From Verrucomicrobiota bacterium (lineage in GTDB: Bacteria; Verrucomicrobiota; Verrucomicrobiia; Limisphaerales; CANJXF01): 23,545 bases of DNA. This document shows positions 9,101-16,000 of this stretch, in pieces; positions within the stretch are counted from its first letter, which is position 1; each line of letters begins with the position of its first letter. The notes under the pieces are model-generated. The model was given only the letters and a program-made list of their open reading frames with translations, had not been told where the DNA came from and did not search any database. A program made the position numbers and the translations under genes. The DNA is taken from positions 1 to 23,545 of the forward strand of contig JBBQRQ010000080.1 of assembly GCA_038214755.1 (NCBI GenBank), given 5' to 3'.

Positions 9101-10658
9101 GGGCTTTGCCTTCACCCCGAATTCCGAGCGTCAACTTCGCGTTTACAGCGACAGCGGTTTTTATCACCACGAAGCCGAATGGTTGGACAACATCTCGCAT
9201 CCAGTGGAAAAAAGTCGCGGGCAAATCGGCGCGGGCGACGCCCATAGTCCCGGCTGGTTTGAACTGCCGCTCAAAAAAGATAAGCCCGTTTCGCTCGTGC
9301 TCTGCGCCGACACCGTCGATCCCACGAATGAAATGGTTCAGGAAATTTCCGCCAATCGTCTCGTCGAAAATAAAATCGCGTTGAACCGCGCAAAATTTCC
9401 CGACGACGATTCCTTCGGTCGGCAACTCACCTTGGCCGCGCGACAATTCGTCGTCCGGCGCGGGTCGGGAAAAACCGTCATCGCGGGCTACCCGTGGTTT
9501 CTCGATTGGGGGCGCGATTCGCTCATCGCCGCGCGCGGATTGCTCGCGGCAGGTTTGGTGGGCGACGTCACGGAACTGCTGATGACGTTCGGCCGCTTCG
9601 TCGAGAACGGCACGATGCCCAATACGATTCACGGAGAGGACGCGACGAATCGCGAAACGAGCGACGCCCCACTTTGGTTCGGAGTCGTCTGCGAAGAAAC
9701 GGCCGAGTTGCTCACCGAAAATTTATACGAACTGATTGTTGATAAACGTGGACGCACCATCGCGGATGTCCTGCGCGAAATCGCCGTGGGATATTTGCGC
9801 GGCACGCCTAACGGAATTCGCATGGACACCGCGTCCGCTTTGATCTGGAGTCCGAGCCATTTCACCTGGATGGACACGAATCATCCCGCCGGGACGCCGC
9901 GCGAAGGTTATCCGATTGAGATTCAAATTTTATGGATTCGCCTTTTGCGACAACTCGCCCGGCTGAAGATAAAATCCGAAACGGAAACGTGGAGCGCCTT
10001 GAGCAAGCGCGCTGAAGCTTCGTTGAAAAAATATTTTTGGCTGGAGGAAAAGGGATATTTTTCCGATTTGCTCATCGCGAAAAAAAATCAACCCGCCGCT
10101 GACGCCATCGTGGACGACGCGTTGCGGAGCAATTTTCTTCTCGCCATTTCCTTCGGTTTTGTCACTGGCGAAAAAGCCCAGCGCAGTGTCGAAGCGGCGT
10201 TGCGTTATCTCGTGGCGCCGGGAGCGTTGCGGACGCTCGCGCCTTTGCCCGTCACGCCGCCCCTCCCGATTTTTGCGAACGGAAATTTAATCAACGATCC
10301 GCCCAATCCGTATTGGGGCCGCTACGAAGGCGACGAAGATACCCGCCGCAAACCCGCCTATCACAACGGCACGGCGTGGACGTGGACGTTCCCGATTTTT
10401 TGCGAAGCGTTGGCGCGCGCCTGGGATTTTTCACCGGAAGCGGTCGCCGCCGCCAAAGCGTATCTCGGCAGCATGGAAAAACTTTTGGGCGAAGGTTGCC
10501 TCGGCCAAATCCCGGAAATCCTCGACGGCGACGCGCCTCATCAAGAACGCGGTTGCGACGCGCAAGCATGGGGCGTGACGGAGGCATTGCGAGTTTGGAA
10601 ATTGTTGAACTCTGGAGAGGAACGCCGATTTCCCAATCGGTGCGAGCCAGTGGCTTAA
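6168..10658 (+). CDS. glycogen debranching enzyme (GH13 alpha-amylase-type domain fused to an amylo-alpha-1,6-glucosidase domain), about 1496 aa
   Basis: GH13 motifs DVVINHTG, GFRCDAG, LLEGLG and ETHDN. C-terminal IAGYPWFLDWGRD, FTWMD, AYHNGTAW, IPEILDG and GCDAQAW. Start placed at ATG 6168, because the ORF-track extension translates the octamer repeat. Confidence 0.92.
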   Translation: MEKPAMTPEPGGRVLRFVGDSLRFTLQGEPLPESRALLRTNLGQGAATRSEIISSHAGQRPMSIAFWRDLPMRKNAGAEWSIELPLTEPGYFRAKAYFIDPHGKQIWPDGSDVGISIHPNCYRTANIIYCAFTRMFGATKNLRTTRDEKFEKHLNQLDQRGYVVIPPSGKFRDLIPQLPHIIETLGCKILHLLPVNPTPTTFARMGRFGSPYACLDLTAIDPALVEFDQRTTGVEQFCELAYETHRRGGKLFLDVVINHTGWGSTLFENHPEWFLRDEKGRFASPGAWGNIWADLVELDPNFTRLWEHFAEAFLTWCRRGVDGFRCDAGYKVPLPVWQYIEARVRQEFPDTLFLLEGLGGPWAATETLLTEGGMQWAYSELFQFYSGHDVAWYLDYALRQSQRVGVYVHYSETHDNDRLAKKGRAWSLVRNRLCGLTSVCGGFGFTCGVEWLADEKIEVHQSRGMNWGAKENIVPELAQLNQLLADHPCFFDGAKLTRLSDLDSPVFALRRDSAKVGQRVSPAQEQEKNFIEGTDSVLVLVNNDVENAQAFSLDEKIYKELGEPLVDLLDLAPLQPTRADGKISFMLKPAAAHCLAATPTPIGLSGENYRRAKAQAAWAFDALSKVLPPEKIGAHHWQELADQVHASPERFLISIGARTAMSASVADESQTEKSSETKNKPNADKAVRAPGFPQVIQWTLLDRRRVTPVPPDHWLLLHDTVPFRATLKLETAKEFQHATSIEVRDGHVAFFAPKNFPYAIDAELEIERYAPDHRAIESRLRFLAPSPSFSESPIQNPPADSLVLLTNGIGGMARLCVDLGRINSKYDCALGANLHSEAPVDRHVFVKRIRVWLNADGFITPLNLQNLISFQPGPPAVWHFSARVGDQRTVEIQLTADMLNGKNTTVFRFELSSRAAGSLRPVAPPSCLQVAAASSRESNLSLTVRVDIEDRNFHTETHRCPEAENHFQNNSKPLSDKSGFAFTPNSERQLRVYSDSGFYHHEAEWLDNISHPVEKSRGQIGAGDAHSPGWFELPLKKDKPVSLVLCADTVDPTNEMVQEISANRLVENKIALNRAKFPDDDSFGRQLTLAARQFVVRRGSGKTVIAGYPWFLDWGRDSLIAARGLLAAGLVGDVTELLMTFGRFVENGTMPNTIHGEDATNRETSDAPLWFGVVCEETAELLTENLYELIVDKRGRTIADVLREIAVGYLRGTPNGIRMDTASALIWSPSHFTWMDTNHPAGTPREGYPIEIQILWIRLLRQLARLKIKSETETWSALSKRAEASLKKYFWLEEKGYFSDLLIAKKNQPAADAIVDDALRSNFLLAISFGFVTGEKAQRSVEAALRYLVAPGALRTLAPLPVTPPLPIFANGNLINDPPNPYWGRYEGDEDTRRKPAYHNGTAWTWTFPIFCEALARAWDFSPEAVAAAKAYLGSMEKLLGEGCLGQIPEILDGDAPHQERGCDAQAWGVTEALRVWKLLNSGEERRFPNRCEPVA
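7713..7737 (+). repeat. single GTAG-type REP-like hairpin inside the debranching-enzyme CDS
   Basis: GTAGGGCAGCGCGTCTCCCCTGCCC (GGGCAG/CTGCCC stem), translated as VGQRVSPA. Confidence 0.65.
8132..8237. repeat. inverted REP doublet (GGAG-type) inside the debranching-enzyme CDS, frame preserved
   Basis: AGGAGCGCGGACAGCTATGTCCGCG (8132-8156) and CGCGGACAAGGCTGTCCGCGCTCCT (8213-8237) are 23/25 complementary. Translated as GARTAMSA...ADKAVRAP. Confidence 0.85.
8909..8976. repeat. REP-derived palindrome inside the debranching-enzyme CDS
   Basis: Perfect 14-bp IR CGCGGCTGGAAGCC (8909-8922) / GGCTTCCAGCCGCG (8963-8976) enclosing GTAGCGCCGCCATCCTGCC. Confidence 0.75.
10502..10611 (+). repeat. 110-bp direct repeat, copy 1 (3' end of the debranching-enzyme gene)
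   Basis: 105/110 identical to 11240-11349 (offset 738 bp). Confidence 0.97.
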
Positions 10659-10694
10659 TTAATTTCGACGAGCCGAACTGGAGTTCGGCGCTCC
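10619..10694. repeat. inverted REP-like doublet overlapping the debranching-enzyme stop codon
   Basis: GGAACGCCGATTTCCCAATCGGTG (10619-10642) and GCCGAACTGGAGTTCGGCGCTCC (10672-10694). Each is a hairpin with a GGA(A/G)C foot, in opposite orientations. Confidence 0.7.
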
Positions 10695-10751
10695 TTTCGT
10701 CGGTTCTACTTAACCGAAGATTTATTTTGGGCAAGGGGTTTAATTGTCCGA

Positions 10752-10779
10752 TTGCAATTGGATTTTCGGACAGTAAAAT
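10752..10779 (+). promoter_or_regulatory. sigma70-like promoter, probably giving a leaderless transcript
   Basis: TTGCAA-N16-TAAAAT. The -10 box ends 6 nt before ATG 10786, and no Shine-Dalgarno is present. Confidence 0.55.
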
Positions 10780-10785
10780 TGAGCC

Positions 10786-10986
10786 ATGAAAGAAACGACT
10801 GCTGAGGTCTCGACGCGCGACGACGCGAAATACCTGACGTTAATCGATGAACGTCTTTGCGAAATCAACGCCATCCATCGGGACGTCGCTCGCAAGAGGG
10901 CAGAAGGAAAAAAGATCGGCGCACGCATCGATCGCAATTTGCGACAAATCCAAACCATCATCAGTCGTGTTGAAGCAACTCTTTGA
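10786..10986 (+). CDS. small hypothetical helical protein (66 aa), first gene of a two-gene cassette
   Basis: ATG directly after a promoter-like element. Helical composition. Its end overlaps the next ORF by 20 bp. Confidence 0.65.
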   Translation: MKETTAEVSTRDDAKYLTLIDERLCEINAIHRDVARKRAEGKKIGARIDRNLRQIQTIISRVEATL

Positions 10987-11227
10987 CTACGTCCAAAGCC
11001 TTTTCTTTCTCGCCAAAGACGTTCAACAGAATCGTGACGATATCGAACGGCTCCAAAGTCGGGTCGAAGATTTAACGGAAAAAATTTGTCTCCTGGCGAA
11101 CGAAGTCCAACTCATCAGCGAACGTGAGCAGCACGAGCGCGAAAAATTTATTCTTCGGGTGGAAAACGCTTTGCTTCGCTCCGAGCGAGCCTTCCCACTT
11201 TCCCGCGAAACAAAGAAGCCAAAATGA
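10967..11227 (+). CDS. small coiled-coil hypothetical protein (86 aa), second gene of the cassette
   Basis: From GTG 10967 it reads [74 protein letters not shown]...: an amphipathic N-terminal helix followed by a heptad pattern. Confidence 0.7.
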   Translation: MLKQLFDYVQSLFFLAKDVQQNRDDIERLQSRVEDLTEKICLLANEVQLISEREQHEREKFILRVENALLRSERAFPLSRETKKPK

Positions 11228-11239
11228 TTGGGCGCGGCC

Positions 11240-11360
11240 CGGCCAAATCCCGGAAATCCTCGACGGCGACGCGCCTCACCAAGAACGCGGTTGCGACGCG
11301 CAAGCATGGGGAGTGACAGAGGGATTGCGAGTTTGGAAATTATTGAACTTGTCGCCATGA
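11240..11360 (+). pseudogene. duplicated 3' tail of the debranching-enzyme gene (direct repeat copy 2, 11240-11349, plus its own stop)
   Basis: Encodes [39 protein letters not shown]. Five differences from copy 1, four of them synonymous. Confidence 0.95.
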
Positions 11361-11417
11361 ATTTACTTTGGCTGGGATTTTCAGGCATTCGTAAGCCGGA
11401 ACCATTCAGTGAAGAAA

Positions 11418-11749
11418 TGCTCGCCCTCACCCCGGCCCTCTCCCCCGAGGAGAGGGAGAACCTTTGCCGCGTTTTGGCCATGAGGACGCGCGAGATTCTG
11501 ATCCGCTTTCTTCTGCGAATGGCCGGAAGGCGGAGATGGCATCAGAAACTCGCGAACGTTTCGAGAGACGCCAATAGAAATTCCCTCCCCATGAACCTGC
11601 CTGTAGCCGCCGACGTGAGGAGGCGGAAACTTGCGTGGCGGCCCAATCCGCCTCCTCACGTCGGGCGGCTACGGTTCATCGGTTCAATGCGCGAAAAAAT
11701 TTTCGGGGAAATCTCTCCTCGGGGGAGAGGGTTAGGGTGAGGGCGAGCA
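11418..11749. repeat. outer inverted doublet of the CCCTCACCC..CCCTCTCCC..GGAGAGGG palindrome class
   Basis: 11418-11454 and 11713-11749 are 34/37 complementary. Confidence 0.88.
11588..11715. mobile_element. small element inserted in the right arm of the outer doublet, containing a GTAG REP pair
   Basis: The right arm appears split as TTCCCTC (11581-11587) ... TCCTCGGGGGAGAGGG (from 11716). The insert has subterminal IR ATGAACC (11591-11597) / GGTTCAT (11673-11679) around REP pair 11603-11627 / 11647-11672. Boundaries are approximate. Confidence 0.55.
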
Positions 11750-11824
11750 ACCTTTCTCCAAGGAATGGTCACAACCAACCCGCCCAGGAATCAGGCGCAG
11801 CGACTACCGGATTTCCTCCGAACT

Positions 11825-11853
11825 TTTTTGGACAATAAAATTGAACCATGAAA
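11825..11853 (+). repeat. relic second copy of the cassette -10 box and start codon
   Basis: TTTTTGGACAATAAAATTGAACCATGAAA versus TTTTCGGACAGTAAAATTGAGCCATGAAA (10763-10791): 26/29 identical. Confidence 0.8.
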
Positions 11854-11885
11854 ACGTTCGGCAGAATTCAGAACGGCTCCGGGAC

Positions 11886-13061
11886 TCATTTCTTTTCTCC
11901 AAAACAATAGACATAACCATCGCTGCTGCCGATGACGATTTTTCCAGCGGCGACGGCGGGCGAGCTATCAATGGGCGCGCCGATTTCGTAAGACCAAAGT
12001 TCTTTGCCCGTTTTCAATGCAACCAAATAAATCCGGCCATCGTCGGAACCGACCACCACTTTGTCGCCGGCAACCACGGGCGAGCTGTCCACTTTTCCCT
12101 GCGTGGCGAAGGTCCAAATTTTTTGGCCGTTCTCGCGATTGAGGCAATGGAGAAGTTTGTCGCGGCCGCCCACTAAAACGCGGTCAGCCGTGACGGCAGC
12201 GGACGACATGTAAGGAAAATCGCGATTTTTGTAGCGCCACAACGTTTTGCCGCTGTTCAACTCAATGCAGAGAAATTCGTTTTCGTAGTGGCCGAAATAG
12301 GCGCGATTGTCGGCGAGCGCGACGGACGCCGCGACGTAGGCGCCCGCTTCGATTTCTTTGATTTGTTTTCCATCCGCGACCGAAATGACGTGGAGCAATC
12401 CATCGCATCCGCCGAACACGGTTTTGCCAGCGGCGACGGCGGGCGAGCCGTTGATGTAATTGCCGGTTTCGTAAACCCAATTGGACTTCCCCGTCGCCGC
12501 ATCGACGCAATGAAGTTTAAAATCGTAACTGCCGATCAGAATGCGGGGGGCGTTGAGAGTGGAGGGTTGAGGGTTGAGAGGCGGAGGCGTTTTGCTCTCA
12601 ACCCTCGTCGCTCGACTCTCAACCAGGTTGGGCGCGCCGAGAATTTTTCCATCGGTCTGATATTTCCACAAAAGTTTTCCAGAACTCCCATCGAGCGCAT
12701 AAAGAAAACCGTCGGTGGAGCCGATGAACAATTTACCGCCGGCGAAAAGGGCGGGCGCTTCCACACTACCGCCCGTCGGAAAAGCCCAAAGTTTTTTTCC
12801 GGTTTGAAATTCCAGCGCATAAACATTTGTGTCGCTTGAGCCGACGAAGGCTTTTCCCTCGGCGATGACCGGGGAAGATCTGACGGGCGCGCTGGTTTTG
12901 AATTTCCAAAGCAGCGCCGGTTTTTCCGGCAACGAGGAATTGGCGACGCCTTGCAAAGAGGAATTCCCGCGAAACGTCGGCCAGCCCGCTGACGAATCCG
13001 CCGCGTTAAGCGCCACCGAAAAAAACAAGAGAGAAAAAGCGTTGATAAAAAAACGTCGCAT
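11886..13061 (-). CDS. secreted PQQ-binding-like beta-propeller repeat protein (BamB-like fold)
   Basis: WPTFRGN N-terminal motif and repeated SSP..(G)S.DG.(L/I)YAL...TGK..W blades. Signal peptide from ATG 13061 (MRRFFINAFSLLFFSVALNA). Confidence 0.9.
   Translation of the reverse strand: MRRFFINAFSLLFFSVALNAADSSAGWPTFRGNSSLQGVANSSLPEKPALLWKFKTSAPVRSSPVIAEGKAFVGSSDTNVYALEFQTGKKLWAFPTGGSVEAPALFAGGKLFIGSTDGFLYALDGSSGKLLWKYQTDGKILGAPNLVESRATRVESKTPPPLNPQPSTLNAPRILIGSYDFKLHCVDAATGKSNWVYETGNYINGSPAVAAGKTVFGGCDGLLHVISVADGKQIKEIEAGAYVAASVALADNRAYFGHYENEFLCIELNSGKTLWRYKNRDFPYMSSAAVTADRVLVGGRDKLLHCLNRENGQKIWTFATQGKVDSSPVVAGDKVVVGSDDGRIYLVALKTGKELWSYEIGAPIDSSPAVAAGKIVIGSSDGYVYCFGEKK
12552..12623. repeat. 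72-bp inverted pair of heptamer arrays, in frame within the beta-propeller gene
   Basis: GTTGAGA GTGGAGG GTTGAGG GTTGAGA G ... CTCTCAA CCCTCGT CGCTCGA CTCTCAA C. Encodes VESRATRVESKTPPPLNPQPSTLN. Confidence 0.8.
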
Positions 13062-13176
13062 AATCCGGCGGCTGGTTCCGAGTATCGCCTGCTGGAAAAG
13101 CTTTGGCAACCGATTGCCACTTCCACGTCTGATTTAGCCTGCATTTCTCACCACTCCTTGAAAACCTTTTCACCGT

Positions 13177-13262
13177 GTAGGAGACGACGTGAGGAGTCTC
13201 TGACTAAAATTGGCCAATCCTGCGCCTGATAAAAGTCAGAGACTCCTCACGTCGTCTCCTAC
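13177..13262. repeat. GTAG-type REP doublet (REPIN-like)
   Basis: Perfect 29-bp IR: GTAGGAGACGACGTGAGGAGTCTCTGACT (13177-13205) and its complement (13234-13262). Confidence 0.92.
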
Positions 13263-13343
13263 GGTCGCTTTTAATCACACCCTTCCAAATGGCTCAAAAG
13301 AAATCTTCTTGTGCAGTTTGTTTGGGCAGCGTAGGAAAACACC

Positions 13344-14738
13344 ATGCCTAAAATAAATTCTCCAAAAGAAATCTCCCTCGCCCTGAATCGTCGCCGCTTT
13401 ATTTATTATTCGTCCATCGCCGCGGCCGCCGCTGCGATCTCCGGTTGCGCGGCCCATGCCAAAACGCGGGTCACATCCGCCAATGAAAAATTAAACATCG
13501 GCAGCATCGGCGTCGGCGGAAAAGGTTCGAGCGATCTTGACGGAGCGGCGGAGGGAAACAATGTCGTCGCGCTTTGTGACGTGGATGAAAATACGTTGAA
13601 GAAAGCCGCGCAAAAATATCCCGGCGCAAAACTTTATCGCGATTATCGAAAAATGTTGGATGAGCAAAAAGATTTGGACGCCGTCACGGTCAGCGTTCCC
13701 GACCATCAGCATTATCCACCGGCGATGATGGCCATTCAGCGCGGCAAACATGTTTATTGTCAGAAGCCGCTGACCCATTCGATTTGGGAAGCGCGTCAAC
13801 TCAACCTGGCTTCGCGCAAATATGGAGTGGCCACGCAAATGGGAAATCAGGGCCACTCGCACGAAGGCAATCGCAAGTTGTGCGAGATGATTTGGAGCGG
13901 AGCCATCGGCGAAATTCGCGAAGTGCATTCGTGGACGAACCGCCCGATCTGGCCGCAAGGAATGAATCGCCCTGCTGGAAGTGATCCGGTTCCGGCAAAT
14001 CTCGATTGGGATTTGTGGATCGGGCCGGCGGCGATGCGCCCATTCAAGGCGAGCTGGCCTGATAGCGAAAAGCCCACTAATAAACGCGGCGGAGTTTATC
14101 ATCCGTTCGCCTGGCGTGGCTGGTGGGATTTCGGTTGCGGCGCGTTGGGTGACATGGGTTGCCACGTGCTCGACGGTCCGAATTGGGCGCTGAAGTTGAA
14201 CAACCCAACTTCGGTGGAAATTGTTGAGTCGTCTGAATTATTTTCCGAAAGCGCGCCGCAATGGTCGATTCTCAAATACGAATTTCCCGCGCGCGGGGCG
14301 ATGCCACCCGTGACGTTGAAATGGTATGACGGCGGAAAATTGCCGGAACGCCCATCCGAAATGGAAGCGAAGAAATTGCCGGAGAGCGGCTCGCTTTTCT
14401 TTGGGAGCAAAGGGAAAATTATTTCCGACACTTACGGCGAGAATCTGAGTTTGCTGCCGGAATCTAAAATGAAAGATTACGTCAAGCCGCCGCAATCCAT
14501 TCCGCGCATTCCGAATAACAATTCATATTTCGATTGGATTCGCGCGGCCAAAGGCGGCGTCCCGGCGTGCTCGCGTTTTGAAGTTTCCGGACCCTTCACC
14601 GAAATGGTTTTGCTGGGCAATCTGACTTTGCGCGCTGGAAAAAAAATCGAGTGGGACGCAAAAAATATGCGGGCGAAAAACGCCCCGGAGACTGCCGCGT
14701 TTATCCGACCGAAATATCGCCAGGGATGGGAGGCTTAG
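13344..14738 (+). CDS. Tat-exported Gfo/Idh/MocA family oxidoreductase
   Basis: NRRRFI twin-arginine motif, IGVGGKG Rossmann loop, VPDHQH, YCQKPL, QMGNQ and GALGDMGCH. Confidence 0.94.
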   Translation: MPKINSPKEISLALNRRRFIYYSSIAAAAAAISGCAAHAKTRVTSANEKLNIGSIGVGGKGSSDLDGAAEGNNVVALCDVDENTLKKAAQKYPGAKLYRDYRKMLDEQKDLDAVTVSVPDHQHYPPAMMAIQRGKHVYCQKPLTHSIWEARQLNLASRKYGVATQMGNQGHSHEGNRKLCEMIWSGAIGEIREVHSWTNRPIWPQGMNRPAGSDPVPANLDWDLWIGPAAMRPFKASWPDSEKPTNKRGGVYHPFAWRGWWDFGCGALGDMGCHVLDGPNWALKLNNPTSVEIVESSELFSESAPQWSILKYEFPARGAMPPVTLKWYDGGKLPERPSEMEAKKLPESGSLFFGSKGKIISDTYGENLSLLPESKMKDYVKPPQSIPRIPNNNSYFDWIRAAKGGVPACSRFEVSGPFTEMVLLGNLTLRAGKKIEWDAKNMRAKNAPETAAFIRPKYRQGWEA

Positions 14739-15169
14739 GAGCGTGCCAGCGGAAAAAATATTTTCTGTTTTTTTGCGCTCCATTTGGAAAAGGTGACGAA
14801 CGCCCAGCCGCTGCTAAGGAAACGGCAATGACCTTGAAACGGGTTGCGATGCGATTTAATGGGCAAATGGCCCCTGTCTCCAATCTTTGGAGCTTCTCAG
14901 ACCCAGCGATGAGAAACAACTTGTGCTGGAAGAGTGTCAAGAGTGAGGACTGAACCCTTTCATTCAGTTTACAGTCGCATTGAGATCGAGGCTGCTGACA
15001 AAGGCATTAATGAAACACCCCACTGACTCCGACGCCATAATCCTGAAGGGGTTCGGGAAGAAGGGGCTTTTGTCGGTGGGCAAACCAGAGACATGATGCA
15101 TGCTTGTAGAAAATCATCGGCACAGTTAAAATTTTTCGCACAGACTCACGTCAGGTAAGCGGTTAAGAG

Positions 15170-16000
15170 TTACCGCCCATCCGCGCTCCACGGACTCCAC
15201 CATATCAATCCCTTGCTGGTATTCGTTTGCTCAACCCGAAACTCTCTGTACTTGAGAAGACGGACCTGCCCATCTACGGATTGAACGATGCCGCCTGCGC
15301 CATGACGATAGCCCGGCCCCGGACGGTCAGGGTGCCAAGAGTCTGGCCAGCCTGCCCCGTCTATGTATGCTAGTGCGCCTGGAGGCGGATTTCCGAAGTT
15401 TTCATCTTCCTCCCACATGAGCCAACACATCGGGCTCCAGATGGCGGACACCTTACAGCTACGATATTGAATCGTGTACGGGCCGCCCGCAACAGCATCA
15501 TTCATTTTGTAACTCGACATTTTATTTTGCCGACGCGCGAAATATTTGCTCCTGGCATCCAATGGACACATGTATGTTTTGGGATTGCCAACGTAGGGGT
15601 AGCAAAGCCCCGTCTTGTAAGCCAGAACAGGATTGGTCAAATAGGGTTCCGCCCATAAGTTTGGCCCCCAGAGCAGAGGCGAGTAAAGCCAGCCGGCTCC
15701 GGCTCCACCAGCGACTGGATAAATGAAGTTTGAATACGGCAAAAACTCCCTGTTGTCTGGAACGTACATGTTCATTGCCAGCACCAACTGCCGGTTGTTG
15801 TTGATGCAGACTGTCTGGATGGCTTTATCTTTGGCTTTGGAAAGAGCGGGCAACAACAGAGCAGCGAGAATTGCAATGATGGCAGTCACCACCAACAATT
15901 CGATTAGTGTGAATGCGCGACGGTATGAGGCTGCAACTACTCGGTTGCGGACGTTTTCCGTTTCGAGTTTTGAGCGACCGGCAAAGGGCGGTGTGATCAC
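15170..16000 (-). CDS. prepilin-type N-terminal cleavage/methylation domain protein with H-X9-DG C-terminal motif (PVC pseudopilin-like), 276 aa
   Basis: [30 protein letters not shown]....CINN.RQL, and C-terminal [12 protein letters not shown]. Start assigned to GTG 16000, which overlaps the upstream TGA (GTGA) and follows AAGGAGGGAGG. Confidence 0.92.
   Translation of the reverse strand: MITPPFAGRSKLETENVRNRVVAASYRRAFTLIELLVVTAIIAILAALLLPALSKAKDKAIQTVCINNNRQLVLAMNMYVPDNREFLPYSNFIYPVAGGAGAGWLYSPLLWGPNLWAEPYLTNPVLAYKTGLCYPYVGNPKTYMCPLDARSKYFARRQNKMSSYKMNDAVAGGPYTIQYRSCKVSAIWSPMCWLMWEEDENFGNPPPGALAYIDGAGWPDSWHPDRPGPGYRHGAGGIVQSVDGQVRLLKYREFRVEQTNTSKGLIWWSPWSADGR

Noticed and set aside
10502..11349. 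110-bp near-identical repeat at a gene 3' end as a diversity-generating retroelement TR/VR pair
   Set aside because: The five differences are not all at adenines of one copy (T/C and C/G pairs occur) and are mostly synonymous. No reverse transcriptase is present.
11228..11838. ORFs of 170, 92 and 67 aa across the nested palindromes
   Set aside because: They are translations of repeat DNA (for example ALTPALSPEERE and VAADVRRR), not credible genes.
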